A DNA stretch of 64,000 nucleotides from Vulcanimicrobiota bacterium (GCA_963723515.1 CAVRQT010000003.1:352001-416000); one strand, 5' to 3'. Counted from the first letter of the stretch, positions 42,316 through 53,411 are shown. Program-made: numbers and translations. Notes: a model not told the origin generated them from the letters alone.

Positions 42316-44245
42316 TCACGCGCGCGGTCGTTTCGGCCCGACAACCCTTATGCAAACTCTCCTGGTTCTATCTTGGGTGCTAGTTTCCGCGACGAACCTC
42401 GAGCAGGTTAAAGCTAACGTTTTGGCGCGTGGGATACTCGCGGAAGCGGTGCTGGTTATTGTCGCACTGCTATATTGCTGCTGCTGGCCCTTCGAAGAAA
42501 TGTAAGGGACAGAAGTGAGATGGTGTGCCAGTTCAGCGTCGCTTTGCGTGTCAGCAGGCAAATTTCTGCAGACGGCGTCGCCAAAAAATGTCGCCTTTCT
42601 TAGTGCGGAACACTCAGGGGAGAATTCTCGTTGGCCGAGGAGCCAGTCCGCATGTTCGACTAACGCTTCACGGGCAAGGTTCCGAATGATGTCCGTCTCC
42701 GCTTGGCTGCGCGCCGTTACGCCATCGAGCAGGCGCGCGTATTGTGCGAACAGCAGGTACATGCGCTCGTAACGTTTGGCGTTTTTCGCAAATCCTCTCT
42801 TGGCGGCGTAGTTGGAAAGGAAGAGCGCAATTAGGCCGCCGATGGCGAGCGGTGCGGTGGCGTTGGGATCTTGCAACGAAGTCCCCGCGTGCGCCAAATG
42901 CCAACGCTGCATGTCAGCTGAAATCACGGTTGGCCATAGCCAGCCGGTCCGGGCTTCCACGTCGTGCGCATGCTGCGGCAAGATGGTGCCCAGCGTCCCC
43001 GCTAAAGCAACCAGCGCACCGACAGCGGCGCCCGCGACGTTGAGAAAACGGGCGTGCCCTGCTTGCGTTTTTGTTGCATTTTGGTAGTAGTCTCGTTGGC
43101 CAGTCACCCACTCTCGGGCTTCTCTGGAACAATCCGCTGTAGACTGAGGAGTACTTTGAGGTGCGGTTACCTCGATGCTTCGCAATGCCCTCCGGATCCA
43201 TTGCAGTTCGCTTTTCTGCATCGAGAGATAAGCTGTCTGAGCGAAATCAGACGGCAGCCCGGCGCACGCTGTTGCATACGTTGTGCGTAAGGCTTCGCTT
43301 AACGCGCGGTAATCTTGATAGCGGTTCTCGTAGTCGAACCGCCGTGCGAACGCAAATGCACCGTAGGCGAGGACGAGCGTCGCGATTTTCACGTCGTTGA
43401 CAAATGGAATATTGCTTAAGAATTGTGCCGCCGCGGCAAAGAATGCGCAAATATATACCAGCAAGACCAAAGCCAACGTGCGAGACTGGAGTTGTCCAGC
43501 GGCACGGCCCAACCGCTCTTGCATCGATCCGCTTTGCCGGGCGATGTCGAGATTGCATTTTCGCAAGTGGCGTAGCGCGCTGTTAAAGTCTCGCGCGGCG
43601 GTTTTGTCGCCTTCGAATCGCGGCGGGAATAGGCGCCTGATCGTAAAAGCGTCAGGCAGCGATTGCCCCGTTTCGGATGGCGTAAGGATTTCAAACGTCG
43701 GCGCGATATCGGGCTGTGACGGGCGGCGAGGTCGGCATCAACGCCGGTGGCCTCGCCCGTTTTTCGCATCGTAACGACGTCTCGCCGGCGCCGCCGTCCA
43801 ACGTGGCGCCGTCCCAAAAGATTGCGGCGATATGGCTAAAAGTAGCTAAGCACAGTGCGACCGCGTTGTCGCTCTGCGAAGGGTTTTCGGAGGTTCCGAC
43901 CACGATTGTTGTGCTACTTTGCTGCAACGCGGCACGAAAACGTGCCAGATGATCGGGCGAGAAGCGTTGTTCGTAGTCTGCTTGGGGCGCGGGCAAGAGT
44001 GCGATGACAGGAACGCGGGCCGCAAAGGCGCGCTCCGCGGCAATGATTTCCGCGCCCGGGCAAAGTGCACTCATGACGGCAAGCGGCAGACCTTTGTGCG
44101 CGAAAACGAGCTGATCTAAAAGAACGCCGAACGCGCTTGAAAGCTTCGGTTCGTCGGAGGGCGCGATCTGGGTGTATCCGGTTAGCCCGATGAGCAGTGG
44201 TATGCCCGGCGCGCTCCGCGCTTCGCTTGTTTCAAGCTGACCCAT
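42316..44245 (-). CDS. Second SLOG + SLATT-like protein (frameshifted; true 3' end probably near 42600)
   Basis: IGLTGYT, SALCPGAE, FWDG; YQDYRALSEALR, WVTGQRDYY, REALVEHADW. Confidence 0.72.
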
Positions 44246-44629
44246 ATGGGCCCGTTCTAGCGGGTCGCCGCAACGCCTCGACAAATGACGTTTCTGCCCA
44301 GGCCCCGCCAGCGGTCTGACCTAATGTGTCGCAGCTCTGCGGCATTGAATATAGGTATTGTTTCGCCTTTGCGAACCAGACGACGACGTCTCAAATTCAA
44401 GCGGTGCACGACCTCTTCTCGCGCTGGCATTATGTCCACAATGCGCGCGACGGTGGCGGACGGTCACAAGCGGGAACAATTCTCGCTAACACGCCATCGA
44501 CTGTTTTCGTTGTACTGCATCGTTTCGTACCGCGCAATGATCGGGTGCACGCAGAGGGTTGAGCCCTGTGGAATCCGAACAACCTAGGATGAAACTCGCA
44601 GTGCGTTCGCACCGCGGGCCATTTGGCTT

Positions 44630-46141
44630 ATGGAGCCGGTAAGAGTGCCACGGTTATTCCTTTCGTATGCCCGAAAAGATGATGCACCCTTTGAAGAGCG
44701 GCGCGGCAGTGGGTTCGTTACTGTGTTGCTTAAGCATCTCGAAGAGGCACTTGACGATCTTGGGCCGCCGATTCCGGAAATCTTCCGCGATATGCGCGAG
44801 ATCGATGAGCCAGCCAGTTTGACCCGGTGCTACGTGAGGAATTAGCCCGAGCCGACTATTTGCTGGTTGTGCTCTCAAACAACTGGTTGCATCGACCATG
44901 GTGCCGGGACGAGTTAGAGTTGTTTGCATCCAGATGGCATCAGGGCGACCGTGCGCTCAAGGAACGCATCATCGTGATCGGCCGGCGCTTCATCGATCCT
45001 GAAAAGCGACCCGCGCTTCTCCAGGGACAAAGCGGATATCTTTTTTGCGCCTTCGACCGCACGACGAACGACTATGTGGAGTTCTACAAGCGCGGAGAGG
45101 TTTGTGATAAGCGATATCACGACGAAATAGAAGCTTGCCAAAAAACTTCAAAAGCTCGCGCAGACTGAGGCGCCGCTAGAGAGCGGCGCTCGCACCAAAC
45201 CAACGCGCAAAGTTTTCGTTTCAAAGCCAGCGGGCGATATGGAAGCTGCCTATGCCCGCGTTGTAAACGAGCTCGAAGCGCAGGTTTGTCTCGGAGGTGA
45301 TTCCGCCGCGTGATGCCGAGATTCCAAAGCAGCGAGCGGAAGCGTGGATTGACAGCGCGTTGGCCAAAGCGGAAATTGCAATTCATTTAATCGGAGAGAA
45401 ACCGGGATGGACGCCGGAGAGCGGGACCCCCATTGTCTGCACTTCTTCAACTTGCCCGCTCAGCGACACATGCGCAAAAATCCGATCTCCGCCGCATCAT
45501 ATGGGCGCCGAAGAAAGTCACCGCGGACGGCAACGCAGACACGCATGGTGATTTGCGCGAGCCGGTCTCGGTGGTGTCGCGCTTTTGTGAGAAATTGGAC
45601 ACTGACACCATCGATGGCAGCGAGCTTGCCAAGTTTCTTGAGTTCGTTACGCTGTATCTTCGGGAGCACCGCCCCGCCCCGGAATCCGGTACCGATGTGG
45701 CGCTCGCTGCGAACTCACGAGTGTACCTGCGTTACTGGGATGAAGACACCGATTATGCGCTGGAACTCAAACGAGCGCTCGAGCAGCGTCAAATTGCTAC
45801 CGAGATGTCGGTACTCGACGGCAACCAACCGGCTTGAGCTTGAAGAGTTTAACCGCCGTTTGCTCGATCAATCGGATGCGGCGCTTGTTTGTTGGGCGAA
45901 TGTCGACGAGCTGCGCGTACGCAGCCAAATGATGCAATGGCGCGACACCCGCAAGGTACGTGCCTTGGTTGCCGGTCCGCCCGACCGTAACCCAAAGAAA
46001 GTGCTCGTCGCGAGCCCTCCAAAGAACGACGTCGACGTTGTGCTCGATTTGCGCAATAGCGCTAAGGTCACGCCGGACGCACTTGACCCGCTGATCAAGA
46101 AAACGCGAACGCCGCACAACGCCTCCGCAACCAAACCATGA
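44630..46141 (+). CDS. TIR-domain protein with further Rossmann-like segments (multiple frameshifts)
   Basis: LFLSYARKD, IFRD, LVVLSNNWLHRPWCRDEL, IAIHLIGE; overlaps the nSTAND1 start (ATGA). Confidence 0.7.
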
Positions 46142-48413
46142 CCGTGGCGTTCAGCCCGCAGCTTTCAGCGGAGCGTCCGTTTCCGGGGCTGCGCGCCTTC
46201 ACATTTGAGGACCGCGAATTCTTTTTCGGACGGGAACAACAGATCTTCGCGCTTTATCGGTTATTAGACTTAAGCCGTTTTATCGCTGTCGTCGGCGGGT
46301 CTGGCAGCGGCAAATCATCACTGGTGCGCGCGGGCCTTGAGCCATTAGTGGAACAAGAGAGTGAGGCCGATGGCGGAAGGCCATGGATGCTTGCGACCAT
46401 GCATCCGGGAGAAGCGCCCATTTCGTCGTTGAGTGATGCCTTGGCATCACTACATGGAAAAATAGCAGGCGCTGCCGACACGGCGGACCACGCGATCCGT
46501 CGCAGTCGGATCGAGCATGCGCTTCGGCGCTCCAGCAGGGGCTTATTGCAACTGATTCGCGATACCGCTGCTTTCGAGAAAAGCGCTTACTGCTCGTGGT
46601 CGATCAGTTTGAGGAGCTCTTCCGCTATGCGTCACCTGGATTGAGAGCCAAGAATTCGATTTCTGAGTTCTCATGGCGCGACGAAGCGACCCAGTTCGTG
46701 CATCTCTTGCTCGAGGCGTCCGCGGACCGGGAGACATGGGGCTACCGTGCTCATCACCATGCGTTCCGATTTTATTGGAGACTGCGCACTCTATTATCGG
46801 CTCCCTGAAGCCGTCAGCGAAGCTCAGTTCCTCGTCCCATCGTTGACCCGCGGCCAGCGCGAAGACGTCATTCGCCAACCCATTGCCAAGGCCGGCGCTG
46901 AGATTGAACCAAGTTTAGTCCAAACATTGCTAAACGAGGCAGGTACCGAGATCGATCAGCTTCCCGTTCTGCAGCATTGCCTTGCGCGTCTGTGGGATCG
47001 AGCGAAATCTCGTGCCACCGAGCAGCGTCCGGCGCTGAACATTTCCGATTATGAAACCGTGGGACGCCTCCAAGACGCCCTTTCGCAACATGCAAACGAG
47101 ATTATGGCGTCACTGCCGGGCCTCGAGCAGGTCGTCGAGTCAGTGTTCCGCGCGCTGAGTGAGGTCGACAAAGAGGGGCGCGCCACGCGTAGAGCCATCC
47201 CGTTTGAGCAGTTGCTCGCGGAAACAGGCGCGTCTCGCGCGGATTTGATTCGAGTGCTCGATCGCTTTCGTGCTGACGATTGTTCATTTATCGTCCCGTC
47301 AACCTCAGCCGTACCCGTGCTGCATGATGCGACGCAAATCGATGTGGGACACGAAGCATTGCTACGCCGGTGGGACCGCATGACCGGTGATGACACGGCA
47401 AGGGGATGGCTTTCGGCCGAAGATGATGATGCCGGCTGGTACCGCATGTTGCTGCGATTTGCTAAAGGCGCTTAATGGGCGAGCCGAATCGTGTAACGTT
47501 GCCCGCTCAGCAAGTAGAAGCATGGTGGGCGCGTTGGAATGCACGCCCGCGTACCAGCGCTTGGGCGGATCGCTATGGCGGCGGTTTCGAGCGCGTCCAA
47601 GAACTGTTGAAAAACAGCCGGCAAGCGGTCGAAGAGCAACGCAGACGCGCACGTACCGCTCGAGCGCGGCGTATGCTAGTTGTCGTAGCAGCGATGTTCG
47701 TCGTGATTGTGCTTGCGCTCGGCTCCTGGCGTGTTCTTTACGTAGCGGACCAGACGCACAAGGAAGCAGTCGACGTGGCGGACACTGAGAATAACGCTCA
47801 GGTTTCCATGCAGTTCAGCGGGGTTCTGCGCTCGGTCGTACGCATTCGTGCAGGTTCCCAAGTTGGGACGGGAGTCGTGGTCGGACAACGAGCTTCCTCG
47901 TCATACATTTTAACCGCCGCTCACGTGATTGGTGCTGAGAGAAGTGTGCGAGTGTTTTTGCACGCTTTGTATGGTCAGGGCGACGGGATTGCAGCGCGCG
48001 TTATAAAGGCGAGCCCCCAAACCGATTTGGCCGTGCTTTCCATCCGGCGGACGAACGTGCCGGCGATTGCGCTTGGCCGGGTGAGCGAAGGGCTGCTGGT
48101 CTACGTGGTAGGTTTTCCGCAGTCTGAACGCGCCTTTGAGATGACAGGTATGCACCGTTCAACGACTACAACGCTTGGTGTGGTTGAGATCAATCACACC
48201 ACGGGGCGACTTAACGTTGAGGAGGCCTACAGCGGGCAGGCGCCGTTTCTGTACGGGGGCAATAGCGAAGGCCTCATCCTGGACCGTTATACATTGGGCC
48301 TTGTTGGAATCATCCATCGCGCGGTCAGTCGCGCGGGTAACGGCTACTCCTTTGCTCCCGTACCCATCAACACCATAACGCAATTCTTGCTACCGATTTT
48401 ACGCTCGTCTTAG
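46138..48413 (+). CDS. nSTAND1 NTPase + TM + trypsin-like domain (breaks near 46580, 46740 and 47472)
   Basis: PFPGLRAF..FFGRE, GGSGSGKSSLVRAG, VDQFEELF, TMRSDF, QLPVLQH, HEALLRRW, WADRY; TM; GTG..LTAAHV..DLAVL..GNSEG. Confidence 0.78.
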
Positions 48414-48510
48414 TGAGGCGTATGTGGCGCATCCGTTATCTGCTCATTCCAAAAATGACACGCTGCCACCGCGGCACCGCCGGGCAATCTGCCAACGAGA
48501 GGCGATATTA

Positions 48511-49563
48511 ATGCGGCTCTGGCTTTTTGTTATAGCAGCATTCGCATGTTTATGTTGTCTGACGGTCCTGTCTGCACGAACGTCAAGCGAATCGCCGCTA
48601 CTGCGACTCACCGATGCTAACGTTGTTGCATCCGGAGATGGCACGACGTGGTTCTCGGCGGTAATCGGGAACAATCCGGGCGCCGTAGTCGTCGGTGAAC
48701 TCGGACCGGCGGGGCCCGTGAACGTATTCGCGTTGTCTTCCGCTGATCAAGGAGTGCCAACAGCCGGGAACGTCGACGCGCACGGCGTTTTCTGGTTTCA
48801 GGGCAACGGAGGCAGATACATAGGCGAAATTTCTTCAGCGGGCATTCTCAAAAAGTATGTGCTGTCGCAGGTTAGCGTTGGCGACGTTAACGCAGCGCCA
48901 AACGGGAGCGTCTGGTTCACGGATCAACAAGCCGGTGGGGTTGGACTCTTGGACGCACGTGGTGCGTCATTTCGATGGATCCTCAAGGGCACTCGGGTCC
49001 ACAAAACTGCGGTCGCAGCCGATAGTTCGTTGTGGTTCACCGGGGTTGACACGGATACGGTTAACCATCTGCTGTCCAGTGGAAACAATACGCAATACAA
49101 GGTGAGAGCTGAAGGCGATCGGCCCTTTGAACCATCGGAAATAGCAGTTGCAAAAGATGGTGCGGTATGGTTTAGCGCACAAGAATTCTTGAATAAAGTT
49201 GGGACGATCACACCTTCCGGGTCGCTGCGAACTTTCTGGATACGGCCCTCTGACTTTGGAGCGTTCGCGCTTGCGCCGTACGACGGCTCGGGAGTGTGGT
49301 TTGCACAGAGCCGTCCTAGCCGCGTCGGGACAATTGACGCCGCAGGGCACGCTCAGGCACTGGATGTACCGATCAAAGGCCGTGAGGTAGAACCCACGAG
49401 CATCGCGACTGACCGCCTCGGCGACGTGTGGTTGTGCGACTCGAGTTCGAAGGGCGTCGGCTTTTGGCGACTGGACACTCGGCGACACTTCACGGAATTC
49501 ACCAGCGTGCCGTCGGCCAAGCAACCGCAGATCATCACCATAGTGGTAAGGGAAGTGCGTTGA
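48511..49563 (+). CDS. Secreted Vgb-lyase-like beta-propeller protein
   Basis: Signal peptide; repeated DGxVWF units. Confidence 0.8.
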   Translation: MRLWLFVIAAFACLCCLTVLSARTSSESPLLRLTDANVVASGDGTTWFSAVIGNNPGAVVVGELGPAGPVNVFALSSADQGVPTAGNVDAHGVFWFQGNGGRYIGEISSAGILKKYVLSQVSVGDVNAAPNGSVWFTDQQAGGVGLLDARGASFRWILKGTRVHKTAVAADSSLWFTGVDTDTVNHLLSSGNNTQYKVRAEGDRPFEPSEIAVAKDGAVWFSAQEFLNKVGTITPSGSLRTFWIRPSDFGAFALAPYDGSGVWFAQSRPSRVGTIDAAGHAQALDVPIKGREVEPTSIATDRLGDVWLCDSSSKGVGFWRLDTRRHFTEFTSVPSAKQPQIITIVVREVR

Positions 49564-49915
49564 GGATACCATTCAACTGCCTAATCGGGATTCGCAGGCA
49601 GCGACTCAATTGCGAACCACATCACGCTCTCAGTAAGAACTAGCGCGTCGAAGGCGACCCGCGTCCGTTGAAGCTGGGCTGCCATCCAGCGAGTTCTCGC
49701 AGAAATCGCAGCGCTCTCTATACGTTGCTTGTAATGCCCGTGCTGTTCGAAAGGCTGCACGGCGCAGCTTACCAGGTGCCAACAGTTTCGAGCGCGTTTG
49801 GCCGCCAATTTGACACATCCAAGGAGACGCGTGGATTCCACGAACCCCCTCGTACTGCGGCCCCTGGACGCGACAAAACGGGGCAAGGCCGCTATACGTT
49901 TAAGTTTGCTCCTAT

Positions 49916-49991
49916 TCCGGATTAGCTCAGTTGGTAGAGCAGCTGACTGTTAATCAGCGGGTCGTTGGTTCGAGTCCAACATCCGGAGCCA
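49916..49991 (+). tRNA. tRNA-Asn(GTT)
   Basis: TCCGGAT/ATCCGGA acceptor stem, GCTGA-CTGTTAA-TCAGC anticodon arm, GTTCGA T-loop, encoded CCA. Confidence 0.97.
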
Positions 49992-49995
49992 ATGT

Positions 49996-50025
49996 AACGC
50001 CCGCCAACGTCAGTTGGCGGGCGTT
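49996..50025 (+). terminator. Hairpin downstream of the tRNA
   Basis: AACGCCCGCCAAC-GTCA-GTTGGCGGGCGTT. Confidence 0.7.
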
Positions 50026-50077
50026 GTCATTGCGCGCGCAAACCGGCGATTCAGGAGCGAGGGTATAGCTGGCTGCG

Positions 50078-52888
50078 GTGGGCGATTTTACAGTTCGGCG
50101 CGAAGGCAGGCCAGTGGAAACTCCGCTGCGGACGCGGCGTCCCTCGAAGCGTCGCGCGTCGAAACTGCCAAGCGGGACGATCACTTTTCTCTTCAGCGAC
50201 ATCGAAGGCAGCACGCACCTTTGGGAAGACGACCATGCCGTTATGCAAAGCGCCGTACGCCGCCACGACGTCGTCATGAGGTCGGCGATCACGGCGAACG
50301 AGGGGTGCGTTTTCAAGACCGTCGGCGATGCGTTCTGTGCCGCCTTCGCCCTGCCGGGTGATGCCGTTGCCGCAGCGCTCGAAGCGCAACGCGCGCTTGC
50401 GCTCGAAGGGTCCGGCGATCAGATCCGTGTTCGCATGGCCCTCCACACGGGAACTGCAGACGAACGAGACGGAGACTACTTCGGCCCAACTCTGAATCGC
50501 GTCGCCCGATTGCTCGCAATCGGTCATGGCGGGCAGGTGCTCATCTCAGCAGTGACAAGCGAACTCATGCAAGATAAGATGCCACCGAAGGTAACGCTCG
50601 AGGACCTGGGCGCGCATCGCTTGCGAGATCTCGCAAGACCCGAACACGTCTACGAACTGCGCGCTCCTGATTTGCCGAATGGTTTTCCTCCGCTTCGTTC
50701 CCTCGATGCGCTACCCAACAATCTGCCGTTGCAACTTACGTCGTTCGTGGCACGAGAAAAAGAAGTGGACGAAATCACCGCGCTGCTAAGCAAACACCGG
50801 CTGGTAACGTTGGTCGGCGCCGGCGGAATCGGCAAGACGCGTATCTCCTTGCGAGTCGCAGCCAATATGCTCGACACAAGCGCCGACGGGGTGTGGTTTG
50901 TCGAGCTCGCACCGCTCACCGATCCCACGCTGGTGCCGAGCACGATCGCAAAGGCACTCCACGTCACCTTGCCGGCTGAGGGCGATGTGCTCGAGGCGTT
51001 GGCGCGCTCGCTGAAGGTCAAGCGCTTGCTTATCGTCCTTGATAACTGCGAGCATTTGCTAGGTGCTGCCGCGGCTGCGGCCTCAATGATCCTGCGGAAC
51101 TGCCCTAAAGTAACAATCTTGGCCTCAAGCCGCCAAGGACTGGCAATCACCGGGGAAGCCGTGTATCGCATGCCGTCGTTGGCGATGCCGAACGTCAAGG
51201 AATCTGCCACGCTTCGCGCGCACGAGGCGACGACCTATGGCGCGATCGCGCTTTTCGTTGCTCGCGCCGAAGCCGCCGATGCGCGCTTTAGGTTCACGGA
51301 TGAAAACGCACCAATTGTTGCGGATATTTGCCGTCGTCTCGATGGTATCGCCTTCGCAATCGAACTGGCAGCAGCGAGGGTGGGAGTTCTTAATCCGCAT
51401 GAGCTGCGAGCGCGCCTTGACCAACGTTTTCGTGTACTGACAGGGGGCGCGCGCGACGCGTTACCGCGACGGCAAACGCTTCGTGCACTCATCGATTGGA
51501 GTTATGATCTGCTCGACGAGCGCGAGCGCGCGCTCTTTCGCCGAATCGGTATCTTTGTGGACGGCTTTACCCTTATCGGTGGGCTGGCAGTTTCCGGTGG
51601 GGAAGTCGATGAGCTTGAACTCTTCGACGTACTCGCCTCGCTGGTGGACAAGTCGCTTGTCATAGCTGAAGGGGCGCACGATTCAACGCGCTATCGACTG
51701 CTCGAGTCGACGCGCGCGTACGCTTGCGAAAAACTCGATGAATCTGGCGAGCGCGCTACTATGGCAGAAAGGCACTTTGCCTACGTGCATGCTCTTTTTT
51801 CAGGAGCGGCGGCGTCCTTTGAAGGGAGCCCACGCGAAGACACCGTGTTTGCCTTGGCAACCGAGCTTGAGGACCTGCGCGTCGCGCTCGACTGGGCCGC
51901 AACGCAAGACCCTTCCCGAGGCGCGGACCTGCTTACGAAGACCCGACTGTTCCCCTACCTTGGACTCTATCGCGAGGGCATCGAACGTGCAGAGCGGTTT
52001 GCAACGCTGCTCGAAGGAAACAATGCAAATCTGCTTGCGCGGCTTTGGACGTATGCCTCGTTTTGTGCACAACGACACGTCAATAGGAAACGCGCGTTTG
52101 CCGCGGCAGAGTCCGCGCTCTCATACGCTCGCTCATCTGGCAATGCTACCGTACTTGCCGACGCGTTAGTCATGTACGGAAGCACCGCCGCCTCGTGGGG
52201 GCGCTTTTCGGAGGCTGAAGCGGCGTTCATTAAGGCCGAGGCGGTAGAAGCGCCTACGTTACGTCGGGAGCTCGACCTTCTAAGGTTCCGCGCACTGCTC
52301 ACCTATTTCCTGAGCAGTGATCCCCCTGCTGCGCGGCAAGCATTCGAGCACCTCCGCTCGTTGCACAAGTCACTTGGGAACATGCGCGGCGAATCAGCCG
52401 CTACGATCAGCCTAGCTGAGTTGGAGCACGCGCGCGGGGAAACCAGGCGCGCAATAGCCTTGGCGTCGGAAGCGCTATCCATGGCGCAGCGTCTTCAAGA
52501 CACCGCGTCCCAAGTGCATGTCAATATGAACTTGACGGCCTACCTTCTTGCCGTCGATGATCATGCGGCTGCGCGGATCGCGGGACACAGCGCGCTTCAG
52601 CTTTTTGCAAAGAGCGACCCGTACCACACCCACGTGGTCCTAACATTGGAACACCTTGCTCTGGCTTGTGCCCTCAAGGGCGATTTCGAGCGCGCGGCGC
52701 GGTTGGAAGGCTACGCCGACAATGCTTTGCGAGCGATTGGCGCCGAGCGCGAACGCACTGAGACCATAACGCACGAGCGTCTCGCGGTGCTGCTCAAGGA
52801 GCATTTTAGCGCAGTCGAACTGCGCGCGCTTCTCGCGGCGGGCGCCGCCCTGATGCCAGGTGAAGCCATCGCCGAAGGGCTCGCCTAG
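50078..52888 (+). CDS. Class III adenylate/guanylate cyclase + STAND ATPase + TPR
   Basis: TFLFSDIEGST, GDAF, GAGGIGKT, LDNCEHL, LDGIAFAIELAAAR, TPR-like tail. Confidence 0.92.
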   Translation: MGDFTVRREGRPVETPLRTRRPSKRRASKLPSGTITFLFSDIEGSTHLWEDDHAVMQSAVRRHDVVMRSAITANEGCVFKTVGDAFCAAFALPGDAVAAALEAQRALALEGSGDQIRVRMALHTGTADERDGDYFGPTLNRVARLLAIGHGGQVLISAVTSELMQDKMPPKVTLEDLGAHRLRDLARPEHVYELRAPDLPNGFPPLRSLDALPNNLPLQLTSFVAREKEVDEITALLSKHRLVTLVGAGGIGKTRISLRVAANMLDTSADGVWFVELAPLTDPTLVPSTIAKALHVTLPAEGDVLEALARSLKVKRLLIVLDNCEHLLGAAAAAASMILRNCPKVTILASSRQGLAITGEAVYRMPSLAMPNVKESATLRAHEATTYGAIALFVARAEAADARFRFTDENAPIVADICRRLDGIAFAIELAAARVGVLNPHELRARLDQRFRVLTGGARDALPRRQTLRALIDWSYDLLDERERALFRRIGIFVDGFTLIGGLAVSGGEVDELELFDVLASLVDKSLVIAEGAHDSTRYRLLESTRAYACEKLDESGERATMAERHFAYVHALFSGAAASFEGSPREDTVFALATELEDLRVALDWAATQDPSRGADLLTKTRLFPYLGLYREGIERAERFATLLEGNNANLLARLWTYASFCAQRHVNRKRAFAAAESALSYARSSGNATVLADALVMYGSTAASWGRFSEAEAAFIKAEAVEAPTLRRELDLLRFRALLTYFLSSDPPAARQAFEHLRSLHKSLGNMRGESAATISLAELEHARGETRRAIALASEALSMAQRLQDTASQVHVNMNLTAYLLAVDDHAAARIAGHSALQLFAKSDPYHTHVVLTLEHLALACALKGDFERAARLEGYADNALRAIGAERERTETITHERLAVLLKEHFSAVELRALLAAGAALMPGEAIAEGLA

Positions 52889-53103
52889 TGTCGGAATGCG
52901 CCCATTTTAGTCTGGCCGTAGAGCTTCCCGAGGTAGGCTGAAGGCCGGCGGCTTCCGCGGCAAGCGCTGATGAGCAACTCGTACAGCAAAAGGGTTGTTC
53001 GCGGGCGTTCTTCCTCGGAAGAATCTGAAAAACCGCGCGGGCCGTTAGCCCCTAAAAAGCTTGTATTTGGTCGTTTCTGAAAGCCGTTGAAAAGACGCGC
53101 AAA

Positions 53104-53411
53104 CTGACTGTTAATCAGCGGGTCGTTGAACCGTCATCCTGAGCGGAGCGGCGAAGCCGCGATGTCGAAGGGCGAGTCCAACATCCGCAGCCAAATTAAT
53201 AGAAGAGCCACCAAAACGGTGGCTCTTTTGCGTCTGTCACCCTGAGCTTGTCGAAGGGCGTCATCCTGAGCGGAGGGGCGAAGCCGCGATGTCGAAGGGC
53301 GAGTCCAACATCCGGAGCCAAATTAATAGAAGAGCCACCAAAACGGTGGCTCTTTTTCGTTGTCACCCTGAGCTTGTCGAAGGGCGAAGGGCGAGTCGAA
53401 CATGCGGAGCC
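53104..53411 (+). repeat. Three tRNA-Asn 3' fragments interleaved with REPs and GAGCCACC-AAAAC-GGTGGCTC hairpins
   Basis: 53104-53128 = tRNA 49943-49967; 53173-53193, 53300-53320 and 53392-53411 match the tRNA 3' end. Confidence 0.9.

Noticed and set aside
53104..53193. Second tRNA-Asn or an intron-containing tRNA
   Set aside because: The 5' acceptor strand and D-arm are missing, and the insert is a REP in the T-loop.
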